Origin: a virus
UHGV virus genome: UHGV-0252305
Length of the DNA: 43,472 nucleotides
Reading direction: 5' to 3' (one strand)
Part shown: piece by piece, positions 34,103 to 42,178 of the stretch
Position numbering within the stretch: the stretch's first letter is position 1
Layout of the letters: each line of letters starts with the position of its first letter
Program-made: the position numbers and the translations under genes
Notes under the pieces: generated by a model
Databases searched by the model: none
The model's input: only the letters and a program-made list of their open reading frames with translations
What the model was told of the DNA's origin: nothing

Positions 34103-35353
34103 TTAAAGTGCGAAAGTCACCGGGATGTTGATTACTGGTTTAACCACCGGCATCTCATAAACTACAGGATAGCCGAGAGCATCAGCCATATGGTCAATGA
34201 CGCCGTCTTTAGCCGGCTCTCCGTTATCGTCGTATGCCTGCTGTTCCAGCGTCTTGGCTATCTCAGGACATAAGTGGTCATTAACCCACAGCTTACCTTT
34301 TTCCAGCGCGGTGTTCACGGCTAAAACGCGGTCTTTAACCGGGGGGTTGGCTGATTTAGCGCGAACATCGAAACCCGCCTGCTGGAGTAATGCAATATCA
34401 GAGATTGACGCCGAGTTTGTCTTACGGTTCTTGCCGCTAGCGTCGGGGTAAACGACGATGCGGTGGCCTTGTGACTTCCACTTCTCGGTAATTACGCGCA
34501 CGGTGTCCGGCGTATCGAACAGGCCCTTCAGTTCTGCAACCGCGTGCCATCCATCTTTACGCTGCACATACACGGCGCTGGCGTTCTTCGTAACGTTGAA
34601 GTCCTGCCCGATGTACAGCGTGTCGCCCGGTTGAATTGTCTCTTTGCTGCGGTGCTTGCGTCGGTCGTATGTGTAATACACGCTTCCGGATGTCAGGTTG
34701 ACAAACTCACCGTTCAGATACGCGTTAATCAGTTGCGCCGGGTAAGTCTCAGTCAGCGAGCTAATGTAATCCGGCGGCAGGAATCTGGCGTTCTCGTGAG
34801 TGGACGCCTGCACCATTGAGTAACTCGGCGTCGGGTTCTCCTTGAACTTGGCGTAAACGAACTTGAACCCTTCCGGAGTCGTGGTGACGGAGATGTGGTT
34901 AATTACCCCCGGGATAACCAGACGCATGCGGGCTACGATTTTGTTCCACGCCAGCTCGGCTTTCTCACGGCTCAATACGTCCAGCTCATCCACGACCGCA
35001 GCCGCGATTTTGAAGCCGACTATCGAGCCGGGGTTATCCATCGAGCGGCAGATAACAGTTCCGAGCACCGTCTTACCGCGAGTGACCACGACTTCTTTGT
35101 CGCCAGATTTAACCAGCACATCGAGGCCGAGGAGGTTAGCCGCTTCCTCGAATGTCGGGTAGAAGATGTCGCGGATAGCCGGGTAGGTGGGGCCGAAGTA
35201 GCCCAGGCGGGTACCCGGGTTCCGGAGCATGAACGTAAGCAGGTCGAGACAGCCGACAAATGTCTTGCCGCTACCGAAGCCTCCGACATAGGCCTTGTAT
35301 TTGTTATCGCAATTCAGGAACAGTGCCTGTGGTGCGGATAGCTGAATACTCAT
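34103..35353 (-). CDS. terL: Terminase large subunit
   Basis: Walker A GGFGSGKTF near N-terminus; 416 aa; followed by portal. Confidence 0.85.
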   Translation of the reverse strand: MSIQLSAPQALFLNCDNKYKAYVGGFGSGKTFVGCLDLLTFMLRNPGTRLGYFGPTYPAIRDIFYPTFEEAANLLGLDVLVKSGDKEVVVTRGKTVLGTVICRSMDNPGSIVGFKIAAAVVDELDVLSREKAELAWNKIVARMRLVIPGVINHISVTTTPEGFKFVYAKFKENPTPSYSMVQASTHENARFLPPDYISSLTETYPAQLINAYLNGEFVNLTSGSVYYTYDRRKHRSKETIQPGDTLYIGQDFNVTKNASAVYVQRKDGWHAVAELKGLFDTPDTVRVITEKWKSQGHRIVVYPDASGKNRKTNSASISDIALLQQAGFDVRAKSANPPVKDRVLAVNTALEKGKLWVNDHLCPEIAKTLEQQAYDDNGEPAKDGVIDHMADALGYPVVYEMPVVKPVINIPVTFAL

Positions 35354-35895
35354 TCCTCTACCTCACCCATGTTCGTTGTTACGATTTTACCTACAGGCTC
35401 CGCAACACTGAAAACAATCTCAGTCGGTGCTGGTTCTTCGGTGGATGCAACCGGTTTCTCTTTGCTGAGGCCCAGTTTAGCCGCGGCAAACGTAGCCGAG
35501 ATGCCCGCAGCCCCTGTCTCAGTGAAGTATGCCTCTTCCAGCGCCTGTGCCGTTTCATAGGCTTCGGCAAATGCGGGAATCTCGCGCAACCACAGCTTAA
35601 TAATCGGGATAGTGACGCCGATGTGTAAGGCAAAGCGGGCCAGTGACGGCGGTTTATCCTGAATCAGTGGGCGTTCGTCACCCTTAGACGTAGGCACAAG
35701 TTCCCATGACGTGCGGTCGAAGAACTCGATTAAAGCGTCGCAATAGTCCGGGTCCCACAGCGCGGCGGAATTACGGGACGATTGATAAAGGCTCTGTTTA
35801 CCGCGCGGTCGTTTACGGCGACGGTTTGCGCTAACAGCTTCTTCATGTGCAGCTTGCACCACCTCTGGCGATGGCTGCTTAAGTTTCAGCTTCAT
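35350..35895 (-). CDS. terS: Terminase small subunit (putative)
   Basis: Overlaps terL start (ATGA-type); ATG at 35895 with SD AAGGGG; position. Confidence 0.55.
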   Translation of the reverse strand: MKLKLKQPSPEVVQAAHEEAVSANRRRKRPRGKQSLYQSSRNSAALWDPDYCDALIEFFDRTSWELVPTSKGDERPLIQDKPPSLARFALHIGVTIPIIKLWLREIPAFAEAYETAQALEEAYFTETGAAGISATFAAAKLGLSKEKPVASTEEPAPTEIVFSVAEPVGKIVTTNMGEVEE

Positions 35896-35987
35896 AGAAT
35901 CCCCTTGCATATGCGTCTGACCATCAGAGCGCACCAGACGCGCCCTACGCGTCTAAATGGATTATATAAGGGGATTGGGCGTGATGT

Positions 35988-36010
35988 ACAGAAAAGCCCT
36001 CCGTAGAGGG
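35988..36010. terminator. Possible terminator upstream of terminase genes
   Basis: Stem gccctc/gagggc, short interrupted T-tract; weak. Confidence 0.3.
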
Positions 36011-36117
36011 CTTGTATCAGTTATATAGGCCGTGTCGTGGTGCTCTTTTACCGTCGCCACCGTAATGGTCGTTAGCTACGGCTATAGCCCATGCGTTGGG
36101 GATGATTAGTAGCCTCA

Positions 36118-36318
36118 TCAGCAAATATCTTCCAGTACGTCGTAATTATCACTTAGATACTGGAACGCATCCCCTCTTTCTACAAACTCATCGCCAATAG
36201 CAAATGTTCCATCAGAGACATCGATTAGGAGGTCATCGCGCCCGATAAACTGGAATACCACCTGGCCTCCATCATCAAGAAGCGTATGCAGCATAAGTAA
36301 TAATAGTTTTTTGCTCAT
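36118..36318 (-). CDS. Hypothetical acidic small protein
   Basis: 66 aa; ATGA coupling with upstream gene. Confidence 0.45.
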   Translation of the reverse strand: MSKKLLLLMLHTLLDDGGQVVFQFIGRDDLLIDVSDGTFAIGDEFVERGDAFQYLSDNYDVLEDIC

Positions 36319-36551
36319 TCTCCACTCTCCTCTTTAGCAATACGTTGCTCAGTTTTAGTGATACCACGGCGCGTGAATAACACCGGGCTAGTCTTAACGT
36401 GCGTCATCAGACGATTGTTATAAATTACGTGGCGCTCACAATCAACGTCTTTACTGTACTTAGCAATCGTCATTTCGTTGATACCGGTTTGTCGGCATGT
36501 CTCCGCCATCGTACCAAATTCTTTAATCAGGTTAGGAATGCTGGTAATCAT
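36315..36551 (-). CDS. Small HTH DNA-binding protein (putative)
   Basis: HTH-like FGTMAETCRQTGINEMTIAKYSK; ATG at 36551 overlaps upstream stop (track start 36575 is GTG). Confidence 0.45.
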   Translation of the reverse strand: MITSIPNLIKEFGTMAETCRQTGINEMTIAKYSKDVDCERHVIYNNRLMTHVKTSPVLFTRRGITKTEQRIAKEESGE

Positions 36552-36718
36552 CCTAAGAAATTCCTCGTTGTCCACATCGCATTCGGATATTTGTTATCGC
36601 GGTCCTGCACCACGGCGACCATGTTACCACGTTGTACCAGGCAGAAGTGACGCTGTTGCTCACCGTTGTAGCGGCGCCAGATTGCTTCTTCGATTGCTGC
36701 GTTGATGTCACTGAACAT
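36548..36718 (-). CDS. Hypothetical small protein (56 aa)
   Basis: Verified codon by codon; ATGA-coupled; not in ORF track. Confidence 0.35.
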   Translation of the reverse strand: MFSDINAAIEEAIWRRYNGEQQRHFCLVQRGNMVAVVQDRDNKYPNAMWTTRNFLG

Positions 36719-36806
36719 TAGTATCTACCCCACAGAAATCCAACCAACAGCCCAACGAAGTAACTAAGACCAACCAGACCGATAACCACCTCGAGACTCA
36801 TACTCT

Positions 36807-36998
36807 CTACCCCACTATCTCATCACCAAGCCACGCCGTTTCTCGTATATCGTCAACCACACAGGCGGCGTGCTCACGACTAATTGCAAAAATGTAGAAG
36901 CTGAACTTCTTCCCGTCGGCGTCGATGTGGTTAACCGAGTAAGGTTTCCACAGGACGCCATCAATAACTACTGGTTCAGGCGCTTTCATGCCCGTCAC
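36807..36998 (-). CDS. Hypothetical protein
   Basis: 63-aa ORF in coupled small-gene chain. Confidence 0.4.
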   Translation of the reverse strand: MTGMKAPEPVVIDGVLWKPYSVNHIDADGKKFSFYIFAISREHAACVVDDIRETAWLGDEIVG

Positions 36999-37176
36999 CC
37001 GGGGCTTTGTTCAGGTTGAAGCGGTTAATCAGTTCACGGCGACGCTCCATAAGGATATCCACCCATTGTGCGTGATGTTTAATCCTAGCATCCAGGACCG
37101 CTATTTCGCTTCTGGCTTCGTTTGTTTTGCCGTTAACCGCCTCTACCATCATCTTTTCGTATTCACGGTCGGTCAT
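36976..37176 (-). CDS. Hypothetical protein
   Basis: 66-aa ORF; ATG overlaps upstream stop (ATGA). Confidence 0.45.
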   Translation of the reverse strand: MTDREYEKMMVEAVNGKTNEARSEIAVLDARIKHHAQWVDILMERRRELINRFNLNKAPGDGHESA

Positions 37177-37331
37177 TCTTTACGCTCTCCCCACATGCGA
37201 TTTAGATACTTGTTCTTGTCCGGCCCCGGGAAACTGTTACGTTTCATCAGTTCCTCGCGTGTCGGGAACGGGGTGTGACTGACTTTACGGCCTACGCGTA
37301 ATGGTTGGCTTACTTGGCCTTGTTCGCTCAT
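37173..37331 (-). CDS. Hypothetical small protein (52 aa)
   Basis: Verified translation; ATGA overlaps at both ends. Confidence 0.35.
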   Translation of the reverse strand: MSEQGQVSQPLRVGRKVSHTPFPTREELMKRNSFPGPDKNKYLNRMWGERKE

Positions 37332-37483
37332 TTCTTCTCTCCTGCATAAGCGGCTTTTAGTGTCTGCATCGCAGCGAACCAGAACGCGTCCGCCGGAATG
37401 CTACTGCTCAGGTTGCTAACGGCGATGCGTGCCATCAGTTGCGCGTCTTTGAATGCTTCGATATCTGTGATTTTCATATTCAT
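37328..37483 (-). CDS. Hypothetical small protein (51 aa)
   Basis: Verified translation; TAATG overlap with upstream gene. Confidence 0.35.
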   Translation of the reverse strand: MNMKITDIEAFKDAQLMARIAVSNLSSSIPADAFWFAAMQTLKAAYAGEKK

Positions 37484-37695
37484 TATCCTGCGTTGAATGA
37501 GCCGAGTACGATGCCGCTTTCTTTTGGTTTCTTGATTTCGGTAACTTTTACGTTATCGTTGAAGTTATTCATGATTATTGGGTCATCCTTAGCACGGACC
37601 AAGCTCAATGCTTCATCTGGGGACTTAGCCCACACCACAAAAGAATCGTATTGATCATAATAACACCAGTCAGCTTCTACTAAATATAATTTCAT
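37483..37695 (-). CDS. Hypothetical protein
   Basis: 70 aa; first gene after promoter-like site at 37729..37757. Confidence 0.5.
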   Translation of the reverse strand: MKLYLVEADWCYYDQYDSFVVWAKSPDEALSLVRAKDDPIIMNNFNDNVKVTEIKKPKESGIVLGSFNAG

Positions 37696-37728
37696 CTTCT
37701 CTACTCCGTTCTCGTTGTCGATGAAGTA

Positions 37729-37757
37729 AATATAATAGGGTCGAGGATAATAGTCAA
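37729..37757 (-). promoter_or_regulatory. Promoter-like site TTGACT-17-TATATT
   Basis: Read on - strand, just downstream of lysis-cassette terminator and upstream of gene 37483..37695. Confidence 0.45.
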
Positions 37758-37780
37758 CTAGTCATCACAGAAAATAGATA

Positions 37781-37810
37781 AAAAAAATCCCGGCTGGGTC
37801 AGGGCCGGGA
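37781..37810 (-). terminator. Intrinsic terminator after lysis cassette
   Basis: Stem tcccggc/gccggga followed on - strand by eight T. Confidence 0.7.
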
Positions 37811-37875
37811 TAAAACTGGAGAGCAGAGGTATGGAACAGGAGGTGATTTAAGTATCGTCGGATTAGTCTCAGGTG

Positions 37876-38361
37876 TCAACCTTTCACCGCGCGCCCAATG
37901 GCCTCAGCCTCTTGCCACGGTTTACCGTCAAATAATGCCAGTCTCCCGGCTGTACGGCGACGCAGGCCAAGTAACGGTTTGCCGTTCTGGTTGATGAACA
38001 GCGCCAGCTTAGCCCGCAGCGTTGCAATATCACCAGAACGCAGTGCCTTACCCGTGCCGGTAGTAGCAGCAATCACACCAGCACCTGCGTTGTATACCAG
38101 GTCGCACACTGCATCGAACTGTGCCTGTGTCAGTGAATGGTGTGCCGTCGCGTCAACCGCAGCTACGGCTTTAGCCATATCGCGATTAAGTAACAGGAGG
38201 CCTTGTCCTGGAGTGATGGTCTGCCCCGCCTTAACATGCGGGCCATAGCTTCCATACCCAATAGTCAGGTACTTCTCATTCGGTGTAGCGCGATACGCGG
38301 TTCCGCGGAATCCCTCGAACGCGGCGGTGAATTTGATGCCATTGTTGCTAATGTTTCTCAT
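37876..38361 (-). CDS. Endolysin, GH24 lysozyme (P22 gp19 / T4 lysozyme-like)
   Basis: ISNNGIKF...FEGFRGTAY...TIGYG and QAQFDAVCDLVYNAG...ALF patterns match P22 gp19-type lysozyme as recalled; follows holin genes. Confidence 0.85.
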   Translation of the reverse strand: MRNISNNGIKFTAAFEGFRGTAYRATPNEKYLTIGYGSYGPHVKAGQTITPGQGLLLLNRDMAKAVAAVDATAHHSLTQAQFDAVCDLVYNAGAGVIAATTGTGKALRSGDIATLRAKLALFINQNGKPLLGLRRRTAGRLALFDGKPWQEAEAIGRAVKG

Positions 38362-38424
38362 AAAGCACCTTCCCGTAATTTATGGTTCGCGAAAACCTCG
38401 CGCAGCTTATCTGCGGTAAGTCCA

Positions 38425-38697
38425 TTATCTGAAATATTTCGAGACACGCTTATGCCCTCCGTACGACAGCCACGCCTGACGAATCTGACGCAGCGCAACT
38501 AATGTGATTAATGTCTCAGGCAGCGTCGGTGACATGCTGCCCTGTAACAGGTGGATACATCCGGCGGCGCAGACAATAGCAGTCAGAATATAAAGCACAC
38601 GCCCGAACAGCCCGTCGTCCACGTGTTCGTTATACACGTTGAACAGGGACGAAGCGCCCATTGAAAGCATTACGACAAACCAGAATAGCTCAGTCAT
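38425..38697 (-). CDS. Second lysis membrane protein (holin or antiholin-like, 2 TM)
   Basis: ATG at 38697 overlaps holin stop; two hydrophobic segments; track N-terminal extension rejected. Confidence 0.4.
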   Translation of the reverse strand: MTELFWFVVMLSMGASSLFNVYNEHVDDGLFGRVLYILTAIVCAAGCIHLLQGSMSPTLPETLITLVALRQIRQAWLSYGGHKRVSKYFR

Positions 38698-38998
38698 GTG
38701 GTCCTCCTGGGCGGGCAATATCGCCGCCCGATACGATGCCAGAAAGGCGGGAATAGATAGGCATCCAGAGAATGGCAATGATGAATCCGAGGCCCGCTAT
38801 TTCGCGTTCACCTGCGATACCGAACCATTGAGCGGCGAGAGGCGCACCGAATACGGCGCACGCAAAGCCAGTGGCGAGAAAACAGAGAGCATCGACAGGG
38901 CCGGTAATAGTGGCTTTGTGTTGCCTTAGTCCGATTACCCCTCCGGCTAGTGCGGCAGCGAGAAGCCACCCCGTCACAGTTTCAGTAAATTTATCCAA
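38690..38998 (-). CDS. Holin-like membrane protein (about 3 TM segments)
   Basis: 102 aa with three hydrophobic segments and charged C-terminus, directly upstream of endolysin. Confidence 0.5.
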   Translation of the reverse strand: MDKFTETVTGWLLAAALAGGVIGLRQHKATITGPVDALCFLATGFACAVFGAPLAAQWFGIAGEREIAGLGFIIAILWMPIYSRLSGIVSGGDIARPGGPHD

Positions 38999-39073
38999 GA
39001 TGAATCCTCCAGGTGCGTATTAAGTATGCAGTAACTGGAGGATAGCACGGTTAGGAATTATCTTAATAACGGT

Positions 39074-39367
39074 TTATTTATGACGCCAGATGTATTGTCG
39101 TCTCTGCGGTTTAGTCGGAATATCATCGTATCCGAGCGATTTCCAGTAATTAAATAACCGATTAGCGATTGCCGCGCGTTCCTGTGTTTTAAACTCTCCT
39201 AGATTCACGGCCTTTCCGTTCTGGAATCCACAGGCGCGGATAGCTTTACGCCGTTCTTGTATCTCTGGGTACAGCACGTTACGGCGACGCTTGTGTATAC
39301 GTGTCTTCGCTCTCGGTGACAGCGGCGCAAGGCCGCTTCGTTTCAGGATGTCAGTTGCTAACGACAT
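39074..39367 (-). CDS. Small basic protein with AP2-like segment
   Basis: NGKAVNLGEFKTQERAAIANRLFNYW; ATG at 39367 overlaps upstream stop (TGATG). Confidence 0.4.
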   Translation of the reverse strand: MSLATDILKRSGLAPLSPRAKTRIHKRRRNVLYPEIQERRKAIRACGFQNGKAVNLGEFKTQERAAIANRLFNYWKSLGYDDIPTKPQRRQYIWRHK

Positions 39368-39555
39368 CACTCCACCCCCTCCACATGTGTAACCGACCCA
39401 CAGTTCGCGCACTCGACGTAATCAGGGTACTGGTCTTTGTATTTCTGTAACTCAGCTTCAAGTTTCGCGTAATCTTCGTAAAGCACTAACACGCCCTCAA
39501 CATCAGGAGTAAACCCGAATATCTGGTCGTAGGTATATCTCTGCACCATAATCAC
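39367..39555 (-). CDS. Hypothetical protein
   Basis: 62-aa ORF, coupled to neighbours. Confidence 0.4.
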   Translation of the reverse strand: MIMVQRYTYDQIFGFTPDVEGVLVLYEDYAKLEAELQKYKDQYPDYVECANCGSVTHVEGVE

Positions 39556-39770
39556 TTCTCCTGTTTACCAAGTCTCTTAGGTGAGCAGATAGCGCGTACC
39601 TCTGAATCGTTGGGCTTGTCACCCTGAAACAGAAAGTGCGCGTTCTCTGCAGCGCGGGCGGCCGACTGGCACGCCTCCATTGAGTAAAACGTTTCCGATG
39701 CTGCGAGTTGCATCTGGCCTGCGGACAATACCCAGATAAATAAGATGCTGGTCATTTCTTTAACCCACAT
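39552..39770 (-). CDS. Hypothetical protein with signal-peptide-like N-terminus
   Basis: MTSILFIWVLSAGQMQLAAS then Cys-containing region. Confidence 0.4.
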   Translation of the reverse strand: MWVKEMTSILFIWVLSAGQMQLAASETFYSMEACQSAARAAENAHFLFQGDKPNDSEVRAICSPKRLGKQEK

Positions 39771-39952
39771 TTAATGCACATACATGGAAACCCGACTCCG
39801 TAAAATTGACATTCGTGTTCACGCTGTTTCTCCTTCCACCGTACCCACATCCGCTGAACCTCTGGTTCAGCGTAGCCATTGTCTTTCCGGGCCGGGGTGA
39901 ACCCAAACCGGCTCCGGAACCATATTTCAAACTGCCGCAAAGTAAGTCCCAC
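39752..39952 (-). CDS. Hypothetical Cys-rich protein
   Basis: 66-aa ORF; overlaps upstream gene by 26 nt. Confidence 0.35.
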   Translation of the reverse strand: MGLTLRQFEIWFRSRFGFTPARKDNGYAEPEVQRMWVRWKEKQREHECQFYGVGFPCMCIKCGLKK

Positions 39953-40112
39953 TTCCTGGTAACTTGAAGCCGTTTTCAGTTCTCACCACGTTCCACTCCA
40001 TCCCGCCGTGGTACACAACCATGTCTTCTAAATCCAGGTCTATAATGGTTCCTACTTTGAAGATGCCTTTAGTCAGTTCACTGTCTCTTTTTGTAACTTT
40101 AACTTCTAACAT
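39927..40112 (-). CDS. Hypothetical protein
   Basis: First gene after promoter-like site at 40145..40173; SD GAGGAAAA. Confidence 0.45.
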   Translation of the reverse strand: MLEVKVTKRDSELTKGIFKVGTIIDLDLEDMVVYHGGMEWNVVRTENGFKLPGSGTYFAAV

Positions 40113-40144
40113 TTCGTTTTCCTCTGTCTCGTCTGTGTAAACGA

Positions 40145-40173
40145 ATAGTAGCCTATTCTATCTTAGTGCGCAA
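40145..40173 (-). promoter_or_regulatory. Promoter-like site TTGCGC-17-TACTAT with AATAG-N4-CTATT
   Basis: Inverted repeat at 40144..40157; upstream of 39927..40112 and the lysis genes. Confidence 0.5.
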
Positions 40174-40530
40174 GTAAATTTTATTGGTGTTTGTATTGTT
40201 GCATCTCCTGCAATAGCCGCTTCGATTGTTGCGTTTGGTGAAATAGAACAAAAATGAGAAAAATGATACGCTGCTGTGTAGCAGCGTAGGCCACTCAGTA
40301 AAATCCCAAACTATTGTTACAGTATAACATAACACTTCTGGCGGCTCGGGTAACGGCATCCAGTGCGTCACGTACTTATCGTAGTTATTCCAGAAAGGCT
40401 TTCTCCCGTCATCAGGAACGATGTAATAATCGTGTTGAACTGCGTTATTTAACGTTTCATACACCAGGAATTCTTTATCCGTATACCCGTTACCCGGCAG
40501 CATCTCACTACACTTAATCCACTCGCCCAT
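40153..40530 (-). CDS. DUF551-like protein; C-terminal ~60 codons of the ORF overlap a terminator and a promoter and may not be genuine
   Basis: N-terminal WIKCSEMLP ... VTHWMPLPEPP fits DUF551 as recalled; ORF continues without stop through hairpin at 40267..40288. Confidence 0.5.
   Translation of the reverse strand: MGEWIKCSEMLPGNGYTDKEFLVYETLNNAVQHDYYIVPDDGRKPFWNNYDKYVTHWMPLPEPPEVLCYTVTIVWDFTEWPTLLHSSVSFFSFLFYFTKRNNRSGYCRRCNNTNTNKIYLRTKIE
40250..40288 (-). terminator. Intrinsic terminator lying inside the 3' part of ORF 40153..40530
   Basis: 8-bp stem tacgctgc/gcagcgta then T-rich tract on - strand. Confidence 0.5.
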
Positions 40531-40533
40531 AAA

Positions 40534-40677
40534 TCACCCCTTATTCATCACAGCTTGCGCACCAGCTTTCCACGCCCGCCACGCGAGACGCGTCTTAACG
40601 TTCAGGTACTCTTTCTTCGAACCCTTATTAACCGGCAGACCCTCGACGATGGCCCACCGTTCGAATGCTTCTCTCAT
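40534..40677 (-). CDS. Hypothetical small protein (47 aa)
   Basis: Verified translation; G-rich SD; not in ORF track. Confidence 0.3.
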   Translation of the reverse strand: MREAFERWAIVEGLPVNKGSKKEYLNVKTRLAWRAWKAGAQAVMNKG

Positions 40678-40793
40678 ACCAACCCCCACAACGCGTGCAC
40701 CGCATAAACGGCGCTGACAATTAAGATAAACGGGTAATTATTCACGGCAACCTCCCTCAGAGTCGTCGGCACTAGCATCATGATTCGATGCCG

Positions 40794-41099
40794 TTAGTGT
40801 TTTACACATTCGTTGTAGGTCCATGTATAAAGTTCCTCGGGTGATTTTTCAGGCAACGCAAATGCGATTTCTGTCGCGTTAAAAGCGGTTGTATTAAGAA
40901 ACTTTTTAACGTCTTTGCTGGTATTCTGTTTAGAGGTAATCTCCAGCAGTCCCATATAAATAGTAGACTGACTTAACCCCATATCGCGTTGAGCGCCAAC
41001 GTTCTTAGTAATAGTTGCGAAGTTATCACACATCCCTTTATTTGCTGCCGTTGCGTTTACCGAAAATAAAATTGCTACTGCTGCTATTAACTTTTTCAT
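40794..41099 (-). CDS. Secreted/periplasmic protein with N-terminal signal peptide
   Basis: MKKLIAAVAILFSVNATA signal-like N-terminus; transcribed from promoter-like site at 41221..41249. Confidence 0.55.
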   Translation of the reverse strand: MKKLIAAVAILFSVNATAANKGMCDNFATITKNVGAQRDMGLSQSTIYMGLLEITSKQNTSKDVKKFLNTTAFNATEIAFALPEKSPEELYTWTYNECVKH

Positions 41100-41220
41100 C
41101 CGGCTTCTCTCTCTCTTAGTTAATTTAGGTTCTGCTTACCGGGCTTATCGACTCTTCGTATGCTCGTCGCCGATACTGACCTTATTAAAGGTTGGCCCCC
41201 TGCCTCGCCCAGATAAGTGA

Positions 41221-41249
41221 ATAGTAACCTATTATGTTGGGGTGTGCAA
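41221..41249 (-). promoter_or_regulatory. Promoter-like site TTGCAC-17-TACTAT with AATAG-N4-CTATT
   Basis: Inverted repeat at 41220..41233; ~120-nt leader to secreted-protein gene 40794..41099. Confidence 0.5.
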
Positions 41250-41414
41250 GAGAATAGTTACGTTGCCGTTGTGATTCTTTCGTTTCTTAAAAGAGTACGC
41301 AACGCAGTGGGTGGGCGTTAGCCCACCCCAGCGGAGTGAAGTACTCTCTACCTTGCTCACGGCAACTATAGAAACTTTTAATTATCAGTGACTTGGATAT
41401 TTAGGCGGGATTAA

Positions 41415-41567
41415 CAATAGACTTTGACCCTTCCGAAAGCGTCAGCGGAACTACACTCAAGTGCCTAATGGCACGCGTTGCGTTCCCTGCCGCTCCGCGG
41501 TCGCTTGCGATATCTCACAAGCTCAGTGAAGCTTAGCATATTTTCAAGTAAAAGTCAATACCAGTAG
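41415..41567 (+). repeat. ~150-bp intergenic direct repeat, copy 2
   Basis: Shares blocks ccttccgaa.gcgtcagcg.aactacactca, ccgcggtcgcttg, tcacaagctcag, agcttagca, aaaagtcaa with copy 1. Confidence 0.7.
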
Positions 41568-41605
41568 CATCTTTTGTATTTTAGTAACTTTGCGTGGTGT
41601 TTTGG

Positions 41606-41634
41606 TTGCTTTTACAAAGTTACCGCCTTATACT
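41606..41634 (+). promoter_or_regulatory. Promoter-like site TTGCTT-17-TATACT
   Basis: Between repeat copy 2 and AlpA-like gene. Confidence 0.35.
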
Positions 41635-41663
41635 TCGATACATATTACACAGGAGAGCGCGAG

Positions 41664-41834
41664 ATGACTATCAATGAAGTTGCAGAATTAATCGGCGTCA
41701 CCCGCCAGACGATCAATAACTGGATTAAGAGTGGAAAGTTTCCTGATTGCAGCGTTAAAGTAATGGGGCGCCGTTTACCAGGAACATTTGACCGTAATAA
41801 AGTTGAAGCGTGGATTAAGGAGAACGTGAAATGA
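41664..41834 (+). CDS. AlpA/excisionase-like small HTH DNA-binding protein
   Basis: MTINEVAELIGVTRQTINNWIKSGKFP; ATG at 41664 with SD AGGAGA. Confidence 0.6.
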   Translation: MTINEVAELIGVTRQTINNWIKSGKFPDCSVKVMGRRLPGTFDRNKVEAWIKENVK

Positions 41835-42121
41835 AAGGTGTAATTTTCCACGATAAAGAAAATGACAGTGCTTATATGGTCTATTTAGTGCAAGGTGAGT
41901 ATGCGTTGTGTTTTAACGTTTCCTGTAAACTGGACTCATATTTGCCGTTTTGCGTTACAGAAGAATTGCAGTTGATTAGTCTAAGAAGACTCAGCACAAT
42001 GTCGGCTTCCATCGATGTCTCCGACCACCTATCCTACGTTTATCAGTATTTCGGGGATGAGATTGTCGTAGATTATTACCGTAAGTACGCGCATTTGATG
42101 GAATGTCTGGCTAATAGATAA
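41831..42121 (+). CDS. Hypothetical protein
   Basis: 96 aa; ATGA overlap with upstream gene. Confidence 0.5.
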   Translation: MKGVIFHDKENDSAYMVYLVQGEYALCFNVSCKLDSYLPFCVTEELQLISLRRLSTMSASIDVSDHLSYVYQYFGDEIVVDYYRKYAHLMECLANR

Positions 42122-42178
42122 AAGAAGGCCCCAGCGTTAGAGCGCCGAGGCCAAATTACTTGCTGAAGGAAATACAAC

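Noticed and set aside
38698-38778. N-terminal 27 codons of track ORF 38425..38778
   Set aside because: This part overlaps the holin gene out of frame; the internal ATG at 38697, overlapping the holin stop, is the more plausible start.
1319-41834. Lysogeny module (XRE repressor plus AlpA/excisionase-like protein)
   Set aside because: No integrase, recombinase or partition genes are present anywhere in the window, so these HTH proteins are treated as lytic-cycle regulators.
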